A stretch of 32,000 nucleotides of DNA from Telmatocola sphagniphila (lineage in GTDB: Bacteria > Planctomycetota > Planctomycetia > Gemmatales > Gemmataceae), in NCBI RefSeq assembly GCF_018398935.1, contig NZ_CP074694.1, positions 5,040,001 through 5,072,000 of the forward strand. The letters run 5' to 3'. The notes beneath the pieces were generated by a model that was given only the letters and a program-made list of their open reading frames with translations, did not search any database and was not told the DNA's origin. Positions 6,528 to 14,842 of the stretch are shown here, piece by piece. Within the stretch, counting starts at the first letter, position 1; every line of letters starts with the position of its first letter. The position numbers and the translations under genes are program-made.

Positions 6528-8822
6528 ATGAGTTTCAATTGGCTAAAGACGGCGTTCTCGACGAACCAAAAAAAGGCCCGCACCAGCGAGCTCCCCAAGA
6601 AGACGAATACGTTCCGTCCTCGGGTGCTTGAACTGGAAGATCGAAGAGTGCTCACATCGCTCTATCTGGCCAATACATTCTCCGGATCGGGAAGCAACCT
6701 GATCTTCAACGCGGGCCGTTACGACCAAGTGTCGGGTCTGACTCTAGGAACTAACGCTTTTAACAGCTTCAGCTCCGCCTACTCCGCGGCTTCCTCGGGC
6801 GACACGATTTACTTCGGAACCGGCACTTACACGGTGGCCGCCAATACCGACATCACCAAAACTTTGACTCTGATCGGTTCGCAGGCCTCGGCGACCGACA
6901 AGACCCCGGTCACCACCCTGAATCCTTCTTCCAGCACGGCGACGGATACCGGCACCACCGCTGGCGTTCTGGTCGTTCAGCAGGGTGTGAATCTGAATAT
7001 TTCCAACATGACCATCGACGGTCTGGCAGGAACTTACAACATCGGCCAGTTCGTTCGCTACGAAAGCACCGGCACCAGCACGATCAACAACGTTAACTTC
7101 CAGAACATCACGGGCAACTTCCCCGCGGGCTTTGGCAAGTACGACGGCATTGCAGTTACTGTTCTCGATGGCGTTGTGAACGTCTCGAACAGCAACTTCA
7201 CGAATATGGGCCGCGAAGGTATCGTTTACTCCGGTTCGGCTGTAGCCGGTACCGTACTCAATATCAACTACACCGGTAAGGGCGCCGGCGACAACCTCGA
7301 CTACGGCGTAGAAGTCAACGGTGGGGCACAGGTCATTGTGACCGCCAGCTACTTCCGCAACTGCCTGGGTGTTGCCTCTACCGATCAAAGCGAATCGGCT
7401 GGTCTGGCTGTTTACGATGACGGATCTTCGCTGAAAGCTTACGGTAACCTGTTCCAGAACAACGCCAACGGTATCGTCGATGGTTTCGACGGCACCGACG
7501 CTCCCGTGCTGGACGCCGAGTACAACAATTTCATCGGCAACACCCTGGGTGTTTCCACCGATATCCCAACTACGGGTACGGGCGCCAATCTGAACAACAA
7601 TTTCTGGGGTTCGGTAGCCGGTGCTCAGACGACCGGTGCTAATTCGATTCTGGATGCGGGCCTGGCCAGCACCTTCACCACTTCGCTGTACAAGCCGACC
7701 TGGGTTTGGAATGGTCTGTCGGTCTCGGAATACTTGACCAACACCTCGTTCTTCGCGGTTGGTAACGAAATCGGCGATAACCATACCCCCGCCACCGTGA
7801 AAGTCTTCGCGGGCACCGGTGCCACGGCTAACGTGCTCGGCAACGTTGTGAATAACCAGAATGGTATTCTGCAGTCCACCGGCTCCAACAGCTTCTTCCC
7901 CTACGGTTCCGGCTATTTGGGTGGCGTCTCGGTCGCTATCGGTGATATCAACGGTGACTTCCGACCCGACCTGATCGTTGGCGACAGCCAAGGTGACAGC
8001 ACGACCAACGCGCACGTTAAGGTTTACGATATCGCTACCGGTCAGCTGCTCGCCAGCTTCTTCGCGTTCAACGTCGGCTTTAACGGGGGCGTGAACGTCG
8101 CCGCTGGCGACATCAACGGCGACTTCCAGGACGAAATCATCGTCGGCAAGGGTGCGGATAAGGGTGGCGCTGCTGGGGCCGCGCTGAAAGTATTCGAATT
8201 CACCGGCATCAACACTCCTCCGACTGCCGTGATTACGCTTCAGAAAACCGATATCTTCCCCGGTTACAACGGTGGCATTAGCGTTGCGGCTGGCGACATC
8301 ACCAAGACGGGAAATGCCTCGATTGTTGTCGGCTCCATCGTCGGTGGTTCATCCTACAAGGTGTACAACTACACGGCGGGGACCGGAGCTGCCGCGGCGG
8401 GTGATATTCCCAGCGGAAGCACTCTGACCTTCATTGCAGGTTCCTCCACCTTCGTCAGTCCTCCGGCTGGCATGGGTATCTATGTCGGTGTGGGCGATCT
8501 GACAGGCACCGGTTATGACCAGATCATCATCGGTTCGGGCCAGGGCGCTCCTCAGGCCCACGTGTTGACCTACAGCTACCAGACCGGTTCGCTGGTTCAG
8601 CAAGCTAGCTTCTTCGCTTACGAAGACGGCTTCACCGGTGGCGTGCGAGTCGCTTCCGCGAACGTACGTGGAACCGCTTCTCCGGAAATCCTCGTGGGTG
8701 AAGGCCCTGGCCGCACCTCGACGGGTAACGGCGACGTTCGAGTATTCAGTGCAACGGGCACACAGACGCTGCCCGACTTCACCGTCTTCAACTCGCTGCT
8801 GGCTGGCGTGAACGTAGGCTAA
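6528..8822 (+). CDS. Secreted right-handed beta-helix + FG-GAP/VCBS beta-propeller repeat protein
   Basis: The ~765-aa ORF opens at TTG 6519; ATG 6528 is the likely start. The N-terminal half has parallel beta-helix-like repeats ('INNVNFQNITGN', 'VSNSNFTNMGREGIVYSG', 'YGNLFQNNANGIVDG', 'YNNFIGNTLGV'). The C-terminal half has at least 5 FG-GAP-like blades ('VAIGDINGDFRPDLIVG', 'VAAGDINGDFQDEIIVG', 'VGVGDLTGTGYDQIIIG'). The N-terminus carries the 'RPRVLELEDRRVLTS' motif. Confidence 0.8.
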   Translation: MSFNWLKTAFSTNQKKARTSELPKKTNTFRPRVLELEDRRVLTSLYLANTFSGSGSNLIFNAGRYDQVSGLTLGTNAFNSFSSAYSAASSGDTIYFGTGTYTVAANTDITKTLTLIGSQASATDKTPVTTLNPSSSTATDTGTTAGVLVVQQGVNLNISNMTIDGLAGTYNIGQFVRYESTGTSTINNVNFQNITGNFPAGFGKYDGIAVTVLDGVVNVSNSNFTNMGREGIVYSGSAVAGTVLNINYTGKGAGDNLDYGVEVNGGAQVIVTASYFRNCLGVASTDQSESAGLAVYDDGSSLKAYGNLFQNNANGIVDGFDGTDAPVLDAEYNNFIGNTLGVSTDIPTTGTGANLNNNFWGSVAGAQTTGANSILDAGLASTFTTSLYKPTWVWNGLSVSEYLTNTSFFAVGNEIGDNHTPATVKVFAGTGATANVLGNVVNNQNGILQSTGSNSFFPYGSGYLGGVSVAIGDINGDFRPDLIVGDSQGDSTTNAHVKVYDIATGQLLASFFAFNVGFNGGVNVAAGDINGDFQDEIIVGKGADKGGAAGAALKVFEFTGINTPPTAVITLQKTDIFPGYNGGISVAAGDITKTGNASIVVGSIVGGSSYKVYNYTAGTGAAAAGDIPSGSTLTFIAGSSTFVSPPAGMGIYVGVGDLTGTGYDQIIIGSGQGAPQAHVLTYSYQTGSLVQQASFFAYEDGFTGGVRVASANVRGTASPEILVGEGPGRTSTGNGDVRVFSATGTQTLPDFTVFNSLLAGVNVG

Positions 8823-8824
8823 TT

Positions 8825-9568
8825 TTGAATCTCTGGTTTATTCCTGGATTAATTCTGCTGGGTCTCGCACCGATTGCTCCTTCGAAGGACTTCAGTGCCG
8901 AGACTCAATGGAAACTTTTGGGATCGACCCTGAGAATTCTGGATTCCAAACGGGATCCGGTCGCCACCGGTGTAATTGTTGGGCGGAAATGGAATCTCCA
9001 GGAAGGGCCCGTCAAAACGTATTATGTTTTGACGGCCTTCCATATCTTTAGGGAAGCACCCAACAGAATTGTGCTGTTGGCTCAATGGTTTCCCCGAAAG
9101 ATTTTTCCGATAGCGAGATTTGAAGATTTTCATTGTTACATTCGCGTAAAGGACGAGTCCGCCGATCTTGCTCTTCTCGAATTCAAGTCAACGGAAGATT
9201 TGCCCGTAGCCAAGCTGGCCAAATTCGAAGATTACGACGTTCGAGCGGACCGGGAACGTTATCCCGTGCTCTCCATCGGTTGCAGCCTGGGAAAATCGCC
9301 CAGCTGCGTAGCTGACGAGACGTTGGGCAAAAAATTGGTCATGAAGAGCCGGAGCAAGGAGAATCCGGAGAATTACCCGGTGGCATTTTTCTGGGAAGCC
9401 AGAAAAACCTCGGTAAAAGGGCGTTCCGGCGGGCCGCTTTTTGATTCCAGTGAACGGTTAATTGGCATAAGTACTGCCGTTCAGGGGGGTAAGAGTTATT
9501 ACTCCCACCTTGATGAAATTAATAGTTTTTTGAAAAAAAATGATTTCGGCTGGCTTCTGGAAAAGTAA
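8825..9568 (+). CDS. Secreted trypsin-like (S1/Trypsin_2) serine protease
   Basis: 247-aa ORF. Candidate triad: His in 'LTAFHIF', Asp in 'ADLALLEF', Ser in 'KGRSGGPLF' (Ser201, nt 9425-9427). Hydrophobic N-terminus 'LWFIPGLILLGLAPIAPS'. The only available start is TTG 8825, 2 nt after the upstream stop. Confidence 0.75.
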   Translation: MNLWFIPGLILLGLAPIAPSKDFSAETQWKLLGSTLRILDSKRDPVATGVIVGRKWNLQEGPVKTYYVLTAFHIFREAPNRIVLLAQWFPRKIFPIARFEDFHCYIRVKDESADLALLEFKSTEDLPVAKLAKFEDYDVRADRERYPVLSIGCSLGKSPSCVADETLGKKLVMKSRSKENPENYPVAFFWEARKTSVKGRSGGPLFDSSERLIGISTAVQGGKSYYSHLDEINSFLKKNDFGWLLEK

Positions 9569-9625
9569 TTTTGTAGCATTATAATTGATAATAACCGGTT
9601 TGCCGGTTTATCTGAGAGGTTCAAC

Positions 9626-9850
9626 ATGAAGAAGATTCTTTTGGTCATCCCGGTACTTGCAGTTCTCTGCGGTATCACCGTTTTGGCTTCTCAAGCCGAT
9701 ACCGGTACTCTGGTTTCGACTCCGGCCGTTTCGCAGTCGAGCGCTGCGGTTACCCCGGTTGTGAAACAGGAATCGGACTCTCCCGTAGTCGTGATGCAAG
9801 ATTGGCAGGAAACTGGTAAGAAGCCGATTCGCTCCCGCTTCAAACCCTAA
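9626..9850 (+). CDS. Small secreted protein (74 aa)
   Basis: ATG preceded by 'gagagg'. Classical signal peptide 'MKKILLVIPVLAVLCGITVLASQA'. The remainder is Ser/Thr/Val/Pro-rich with no known motif. Confidence 0.55.
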   Translation: MKKILLVIPVLAVLCGITVLASQADTGTLVSTPAVSQSSAAVTPVVKQESDSPVVVMQDWQETGKKPIRSRFKP

Positions 9851-9908
9851 TCTCCCGCAGATATATAAGTTCTGTAGACCCCATTGCGCGCTATTCCAAT
9901 AGCCAGCC

Positions 9909-12506
9909 ATGGGGTTTTCTTTTACCCTCAGGCTTTCCTACCGCGACCGTCATTTCGTGAATCAAAAATCGGTCAAACCCAAAAGCGTCTTCCAGATCCT
10001 GGCGGAATGGCTGGTACTCACCGTCGTATTTCTTTCCCCCTGGTATTTCGGCTCCGTCGACAGTCGATCGATTCTGGTTCTCCACTGCGCCCTGATAGTC
10101 CTTTCCCTCTTATACACCTTCGATGTTCTGCTCAATCCTTCCCGCAAGTGGATGAACTGTCCCATCGGTCTGCTGCTGGGGGCCGTGATCGTCTGGTCGG
10201 TGATTCAGCTATTGCCGATTCCCAATGCGTTGCACAAGATACTGACGCCCGGAAGCTTCGCGCTCTGCCAGGATATGCTGCCCAACACGGCGGAGACTCT
10301 CCTAAATGGAGAACCATTACCCTCGCCTCAGGGAAATAACTCCCTTTCCATTTGCAAGTACGAGACGCAGCGCTTCACCGAAAAGGTTCTTTACCTGTTT
10401 ATTTTCTACGCCGTGCTGCGAAACATGGTCGTTTCCCGGGGCTTTCTGCGCAAACTGGTTTACCTCTGCCTCATTAACGGATTTTTGCTTTCGATCGTCG
10501 GTATCGCCAAACACTTCGGCCCGCTTCCTAAGCGTGTCCTCTGGACTCTCGAGGTCACGGACGCCTATCCGTTCTCGGCTTTCATTAATCGCGACCACTT
10601 TGCCTTCTATGCCAATCTCTGCGTCGGGCTGGGTCTGTCGCTCTTAAGCGTCGACCGCTCCGCGCGCACGACCGATTACATGGTCTCCAAAGGGATTAGC
10701 ACGAATTGGCGGGAACGGCTGGTCAACGGCGTCAGCGATGTTTTTTCGGTTCTTCAGAATCCCAAAATATTCTGGGTAATAGCTCTGCTGCTCTGCATAC
10801 TGACCGCGATTCTCCTGACTCAGGCACGCGGCGCCTACATCGGCACTGCGTCGGGCATAATAGTCGCCATTTTCATTTGGTCCCGGCTGCCTTCGAATCG
10901 CATCCAAATACCTCTGATGGCCATCGTTCCGCTTTGCCTGGGCAGTATGGCGATCTTCTGGTTCGCTTCGGGGTATTTCGAAAGCAAACTCACCGATCAA
11001 TCGATCGATAAGCAGCTCAATAGCCGTCTTCCGATCTGGGGCGAATCGATTCGATTACTGCCGAAATTCGGACTTTTTGGTTCGGGAGGCGGCACTTACC
11101 GAATTGTGGAACCACTCGCCCGCAGCACCGAAGATATGATCGATGACCGCTGCGACCATGCCCACAACGAATATCTAGAAGCCCTGGTCGAAGGGGGGGT
11201 GCCCCGTTTCTTAATCACCCTGGCGATAGTCTGGATTTTGATGAAAGCCGGTTACCGAGCCTGCCGGGTTCACGCTCAACGCTCCTCCTACGGTCTGGCC
11301 ATCGGTTGCGTCTTCAGTCTGGTGACGGCCTTCGTTCACAGCATCGGCGAATTCGCTATTCACCTGGGCAGCGTGGCGATTCTGGTCTGCGTTATCTCCG
11401 CGGCCACCATGAGCCTGGCCTACGATTACGATCACCGGAAGCCCTCTTCGAGTCGATTTTTGGCGGTCGTGTCGGCCGCGCTGTTTCCGCTCTTAGCCAT
11501 GATGCTGACCTGGGAATCCTGGAAACAGAACGATGCGGAAGTCTTGATGAGGCAGGTCGAAAAAGATGCCCAGATCACCCAACCGAGCCTGACGCTGGAA
11601 AAACGGCTCGCCTTTTCAGAGGCGGCCATGAAAGCGCAACCGAAAGATCCGGAAGTGATTTTGAACTACGCCAGCTGTCTGGCGGAATCAGCCAGACTTC
11701 CGGATACCACTCCCGCGCAGGGCGAAAATGATATTCGCAAAGCGTTGAACCTCTGGGCCAGTGCACGAAATCTATCGCTTTTACATCCGCAACCGCACGC
11801 CCGAATCGGGTATTACCGGGAGCATCTCGCCAGCGGCGACTCCGCCAGCACCTATCTGGAACGGGCCAAGCGACTGTTTCCGACCGATTCGAAAATCTGG
11901 TTTGCCTGCGGTCAGGCTTACTACGACACCAACGATTTCGATAAAGCCTGGAGCAATTGGAAGCAGGCTTTATCCCTGAAATTGAACGAAAGGATGTTCC
12001 GGGCCGTCTTAACTCAAGCCAAAGCCCGCCTTTCCCCTTCGGAAATCGTCGATCTGGTGGCCCCCAACCAGGTGGAAACTTTGCAGACGATGATGAACCT
12101 GCTTTACCCCTCCAAGGAAGAATTCGTCGAGGAGCGGTCGCCCTTTTTGAGCCGGATAATGGAAATTTCCAAAGCGGATCCCGTTCGGGGAAATATGAAA
12201 CCGGAACATTATCACATTCGCGGCCTCATTGAATGGGAATTGAAACAATACCCGGCGGCGGAGAAGGATTTTCAAAGCGCCCTGCTTTTTGCTCCGACGC
12301 GATCCGACTGGCGTATCGAGCATGGTCTGCTCTTGCGTGAAATGGGATTCGTCAATAAGAACCCAGATTTATTTGGCAAAGCGATAGTGGAATTCGAAAG
12401 AGTGAGGTATGAGCCAGATAAAGCGGACATCGCCCGCTACTGGATCTTCTACATCGAACGGGAATTGGATCTCCGGGGACTTCGGAAAGAACCCGATTCG
12501 AAGTAG
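9909..12506 (+). CDS. O-antigen ligase-like (Wzy_C) polytopic membrane protein with C-terminal TPR-like region
   Basis: 865-aa ORF with about 10 or more hydrophobic helices in the first ~520 aa. 'CDHAHNEYLEALVEGG' matches the Wzy_C/O-antigen ligase loop signature (H..NxYLxxxxExG). The C-terminal ~300 aa is helical repeat-like ('AWSNWKQALSL', 'YPAAEKDFQSALLFAP'). Confidence 0.8.
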   Translation: MGFSFTLRLSYRDRHFVNQKSVKPKSVFQILAEWLVLTVVFLSPWYFGSVDSRSILVLHCALIVLSLLYTFDVLLNPSRKWMNCPIGLLLGAVIVWSVIQLLPIPNALHKILTPGSFALCQDMLPNTAETLLNGEPLPSPQGNNSLSICKYETQRFTEKVLYLFIFYAVLRNMVVSRGFLRKLVYLCLINGFLLSIVGIAKHFGPLPKRVLWTLEVTDAYPFSAFINRDHFAFYANLCVGLGLSLLSVDRSARTTDYMVSKGISTNWRERLVNGVSDVFSVLQNPKIFWVIALLLCILTAILLTQARGAYIGTASGIIVAIFIWSRLPSNRIQIPLMAIVPLCLGSMAIFWFASGYFESKLTDQSIDKQLNSRLPIWGESIRLLPKFGLFGSGGGTYRIVEPLARSTEDMIDDRCDHAHNEYLEALVEGGVPRFLITLAIVWILMKAGYRACRVHAQRSSYGLAIGCVFSLVTAFVHSIGEFAIHLGSVAILVCVISAATMSLAYDYDHRKPSSSRFLAVVSAALFPLLAMMLTWESWKQNDAEVLMRQVEKDAQITQPSLTLEKRLAFSEAAMKAQPKDPEVILNYASCLAESARLPDTTPAQGENDIRKALNLWASARNLSLLHPQPHARIGYYREHLASGDSASTYLERAKRLFPTDSKIWFACGQAYYDTNDFDKAWSNWKQALSLKLNERMFRAVLTQAKARLSPSEIVDLVAPNQVETLQTMMNLLYPSKEEFVEERSPFLSRIMEISKADPVRGNMKPEHYHIRGLIEWELKQYPAAEKDFQSALLFAPTRSDWRIEHGLLLREMGFVNKNPDLFGKAIVEFERVRYEPDKADIARYWIFYIERELDLRGLRKEPDSK

Positions 12507-12624
12507 CTCCCAGGAATTTTCCGGGCGCATCCCGGATCAAAGTGTGCTCAAATAAAGGGTAGCTTTAAGACTCGTAGTACCCTCCCAAAATAGCTCACTC
12601 GACAGCACTGTAGGAGACTGATGG

Positions 12625-14754
12625 ATGCCGTCGTCATCGAAAATACTGCAAGCCAACTGTCCCGGTTGCCAGAAGACCTTGCGAATTCCCGAGGACTACC
12701 TTGGCCGATCCATTCGCTGTAAGCACTGCAATCAAATCCTGCAATTGAACGCCAAGCCCGCCAATGCCTCGGGTCAGCCGGCCGCCGAATTTCAGGAGTT
12801 GGGAGCCGCCGGACCTGCCTATATTCCCCGAAAAAGCGGCAACGCCGGGATGTGGATGCTCAGCGGAATTCTGATGCTGGGCACCGCTGGTATTGCACTA
12901 CTCATCATTAAACCGGAAGTCTTCAGCTCTAAGCTCAAACAGGACAATACGGTCGTTCTGAACAAAGACGCGGAGCCGGAAGAAAAATCCAAGGCCGCCC
13001 CGTCGACACCAACCACAACCCCGACCACCCCCAACGCGCCGACAACCACGCCCTCTACTGCTCCGCCAAAAAATGAACTGGCAATCAACACCGGAATATT
13101 TCCTCGCCGTCTGCTGGTGATCAACGTTTGCAACTACATCTACGCCAACCCGATTCACAGCGGCGAAGGCCCGATCCGCCGCGAGACCGACCGGCGGGAT
13201 ATCGACTACATCGCTTCCAAGCTGTCGGACAGGTGGAAAATTCCCAAAGACCAGGTATACGAAGTTTCGGATGCGCCCGGCCCCAACAGCAAAAATACCG
13301 TGCTGCCTTTGAAGGACATCATCGTCAAAACGCTGGAGCAATTTTTGAGTTCGAGTCGAGCTCAGGACCGAATTATGATCGTCTTTTGCGGACACGCCGT
13401 GGAAAAAGAAGGCATCGTTTACTTAGCTCCCCTGGAAGCCGATTTTGAAGAACCGGCCAGCATGATTCCGCTCTCGCAAGTCTACAGCCTGCTGGCCAAG
13501 TGCCCGGCCCAGGAAAAAGTCATCGCGTTCGATGTCTGCCGCAAGAATTCCAAGCTCGGTGCGGAACGACCCACTTTCGGCGCCATGACAGAAGCCATGG
13601 AAAAAGCTTTTCACACGCCTCCCGCGGGCACTTCCGTCTGGACGGCGTGCTCCGCCGAGCAATTCTCTTATGAATTGAACGGGGAAAATTACGGGGCCGA
13701 TACTTCGACCTTCGTGAATGGCTCCGTTTTTCTGAATCTGTTCATTTCCGCCGATTACAAAGGCAAAATTGCCATTCGCGAGGTGAACAAGAACAACCCC
13801 AAAGCGGGCGGGATTCAAGTTCCGGAAGATCCTTTGCCGCTGTCGACGTTGGAAGAGTTCGTCAAACAGGAAGCTCAGACGGCGGCCAAGGCCATGGAAG
13901 ATACGCCGCAGATCCCCAAGCTGACGCGGGCGGCCGCGACCAGCAACATCGCTTATAATTCCGCCGAGCCGCTTCCTCCGCGCTTCAAAATTCCCACGCC
14001 CAAGGCGACCGCTTCCACCAAGGAGGTCGCGGCCATCTTCGGGGAGTTGAATCTGCCGCCGATCAAATCGACCAACACCAAACTCGGCCGTAGCTATGAT
14101 ACTGTGATTCCATTTAAATCCGAAGATCTGGTGCCTTATCTCCCCGATCAGGCGACGACCAAAGAAGATGAGGATAAATCGAAGTATCCCATCCGGGCGG
14201 CCGTGCTCGATGCCATCAAGCAGATCCGGGAATTTCAATCCAAACAACGCCAGCAATTACCCACGGAACTGCGCGAGAACATCAACGACACTCTCAAGAA
14301 GAGACTTACCAATCTGCAAAGACCTCTCGCCGATGCGGAAGCTCTGTTTCGGGATCTGAATAGACAGTTCACCAAACTCAAAGATAAAAAATCGGAAGAG
14401 AAATCGAAACGCTGGCAAGCCCATTTCGATTACGTGTTCGCCCAAATCAATCTACGGCTCGCTTACTTCGGCGAATACAACAAGGCTCTTTCGCTGGTGA
14501 AAACCGACAATCTGGACACCTCGGGCGCGAAGCATGGCTTCTTGCTCGGCAGCGTGAGCAAGATGTCCGCGACGAAGGATATTCGCGATTTTGCTGAAGA
14601 GGGAAAGACGATGCTGGAGCAGGTCGTTAAAGATTATCCGGGCACTCCCTGGTCGGTCTTGGCCAAGCGCGACCGCTACATATCGCTCGGTCTGAAATGG
14701 GTTCCGATTCGTCTGCCAGGCGATTCGGAAGAAAAGCCGGAAAAGAAGAAGTAG
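12625..14754 (+). CDS. Zinc-ribbon / single-TM / Pro-Thr linker / caspase-like (peptidase C14) domain protein
   Basis: 709-aa ORF with RBS aggag 7 nt upstream. N-terminus 'CPGCQKTLRIPEDYLGRSIRCKHCNQIL' (zinc ribbon), TM 'MWMLSGILMLGTAGIALLII', linker 'APSTPTTTPTTPNAPTTTPSTAPP'. Caspase-like blocks follow: 'RRLLVINVCNY', 'IMIVFCGHAVEKEGIVYLAP' (His257, nt 13393-13395), 'VIAFDVCRKN' (Cys305, nt 13537-13539). The C-terminal ~300 aa is unassigned. Confidence 0.75.
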   Translation: MPSSSKILQANCPGCQKTLRIPEDYLGRSIRCKHCNQILQLNAKPANASGQPAAEFQELGAAGPAYIPRKSGNAGMWMLSGILMLGTAGIALLIIKPEVFSSKLKQDNTVVLNKDAEPEEKSKAAPSTPTTTPTTPNAPTTTPSTAPPKNELAINTGIFPRRLLVINVCNYIYANPIHSGEGPIRRETDRRDIDYIASKLSDRWKIPKDQVYEVSDAPGPNSKNTVLPLKDIIVKTLEQFLSSSRAQDRIMIVFCGHAVEKEGIVYLAPLEADFEEPASMIPLSQVYSLLAKCPAQEKVIAFDVCRKNSKLGAERPTFGAMTEAMEKAFHTPPAGTSVWTACSAEQFSYELNGENYGADTSTFVNGSVFLNLFISADYKGKIAIREVNKNNPKAGGIQVPEDPLPLSTLEEFVKQEAQTAAKAMEDTPQIPKLTRAAATSNIAYNSAEPLPPRFKIPTPKATASTKEVAAIFGELNLPPIKSTNTKLGRSYDTVIPFKSEDLVPYLPDQATTKEDEDKSKYPIRAAVLDAIKQIREFQSKQRQQLPTELRENINDTLKKRLTNLQRPLADAEALFRDLNRQFTKLKDKKSEEKSKRWQAHFDYVFAQINLRLAYFGEYNKALSLVKTDNLDTSGAKHGFLLGSVSKMSATKDIRDFAEEGKTMLEQVVKDYPGTPWSVLAKRDRYISLGLKWVPIRLPGDSEEKPEKKK

Positions 14755-14842
14755 GTCACTTAAACGCGGGCAATTCAAACGAGAATTCGTGAGTACGTCA
14801 GGGAATTTAGCAATTATTCGGAGGGGACGTTTCTTTTAATCC

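Noticed and set aside
6744-8015. 423-aa minus-strand ORF overlapping the beta-helix/FG-GAP gene
   Set aside because: It is antisense to a frame with clear FG-GAP and beta-helix repeats. Its translation is Val/Gly/Arg-rich without motifs.
9580-9608. TATAAT (9580-9585) and the hairpin aaccgg-tttg-ccggtt (9593-9608) as promoter and terminator between the protease and the small secreted protein gene
   Set aside because: There is no suitably spaced -35. The hairpin is only 6 bp with no T-tract. Both are too weak to report as features, although a separate promoter for the small ORF cannot be excluded.
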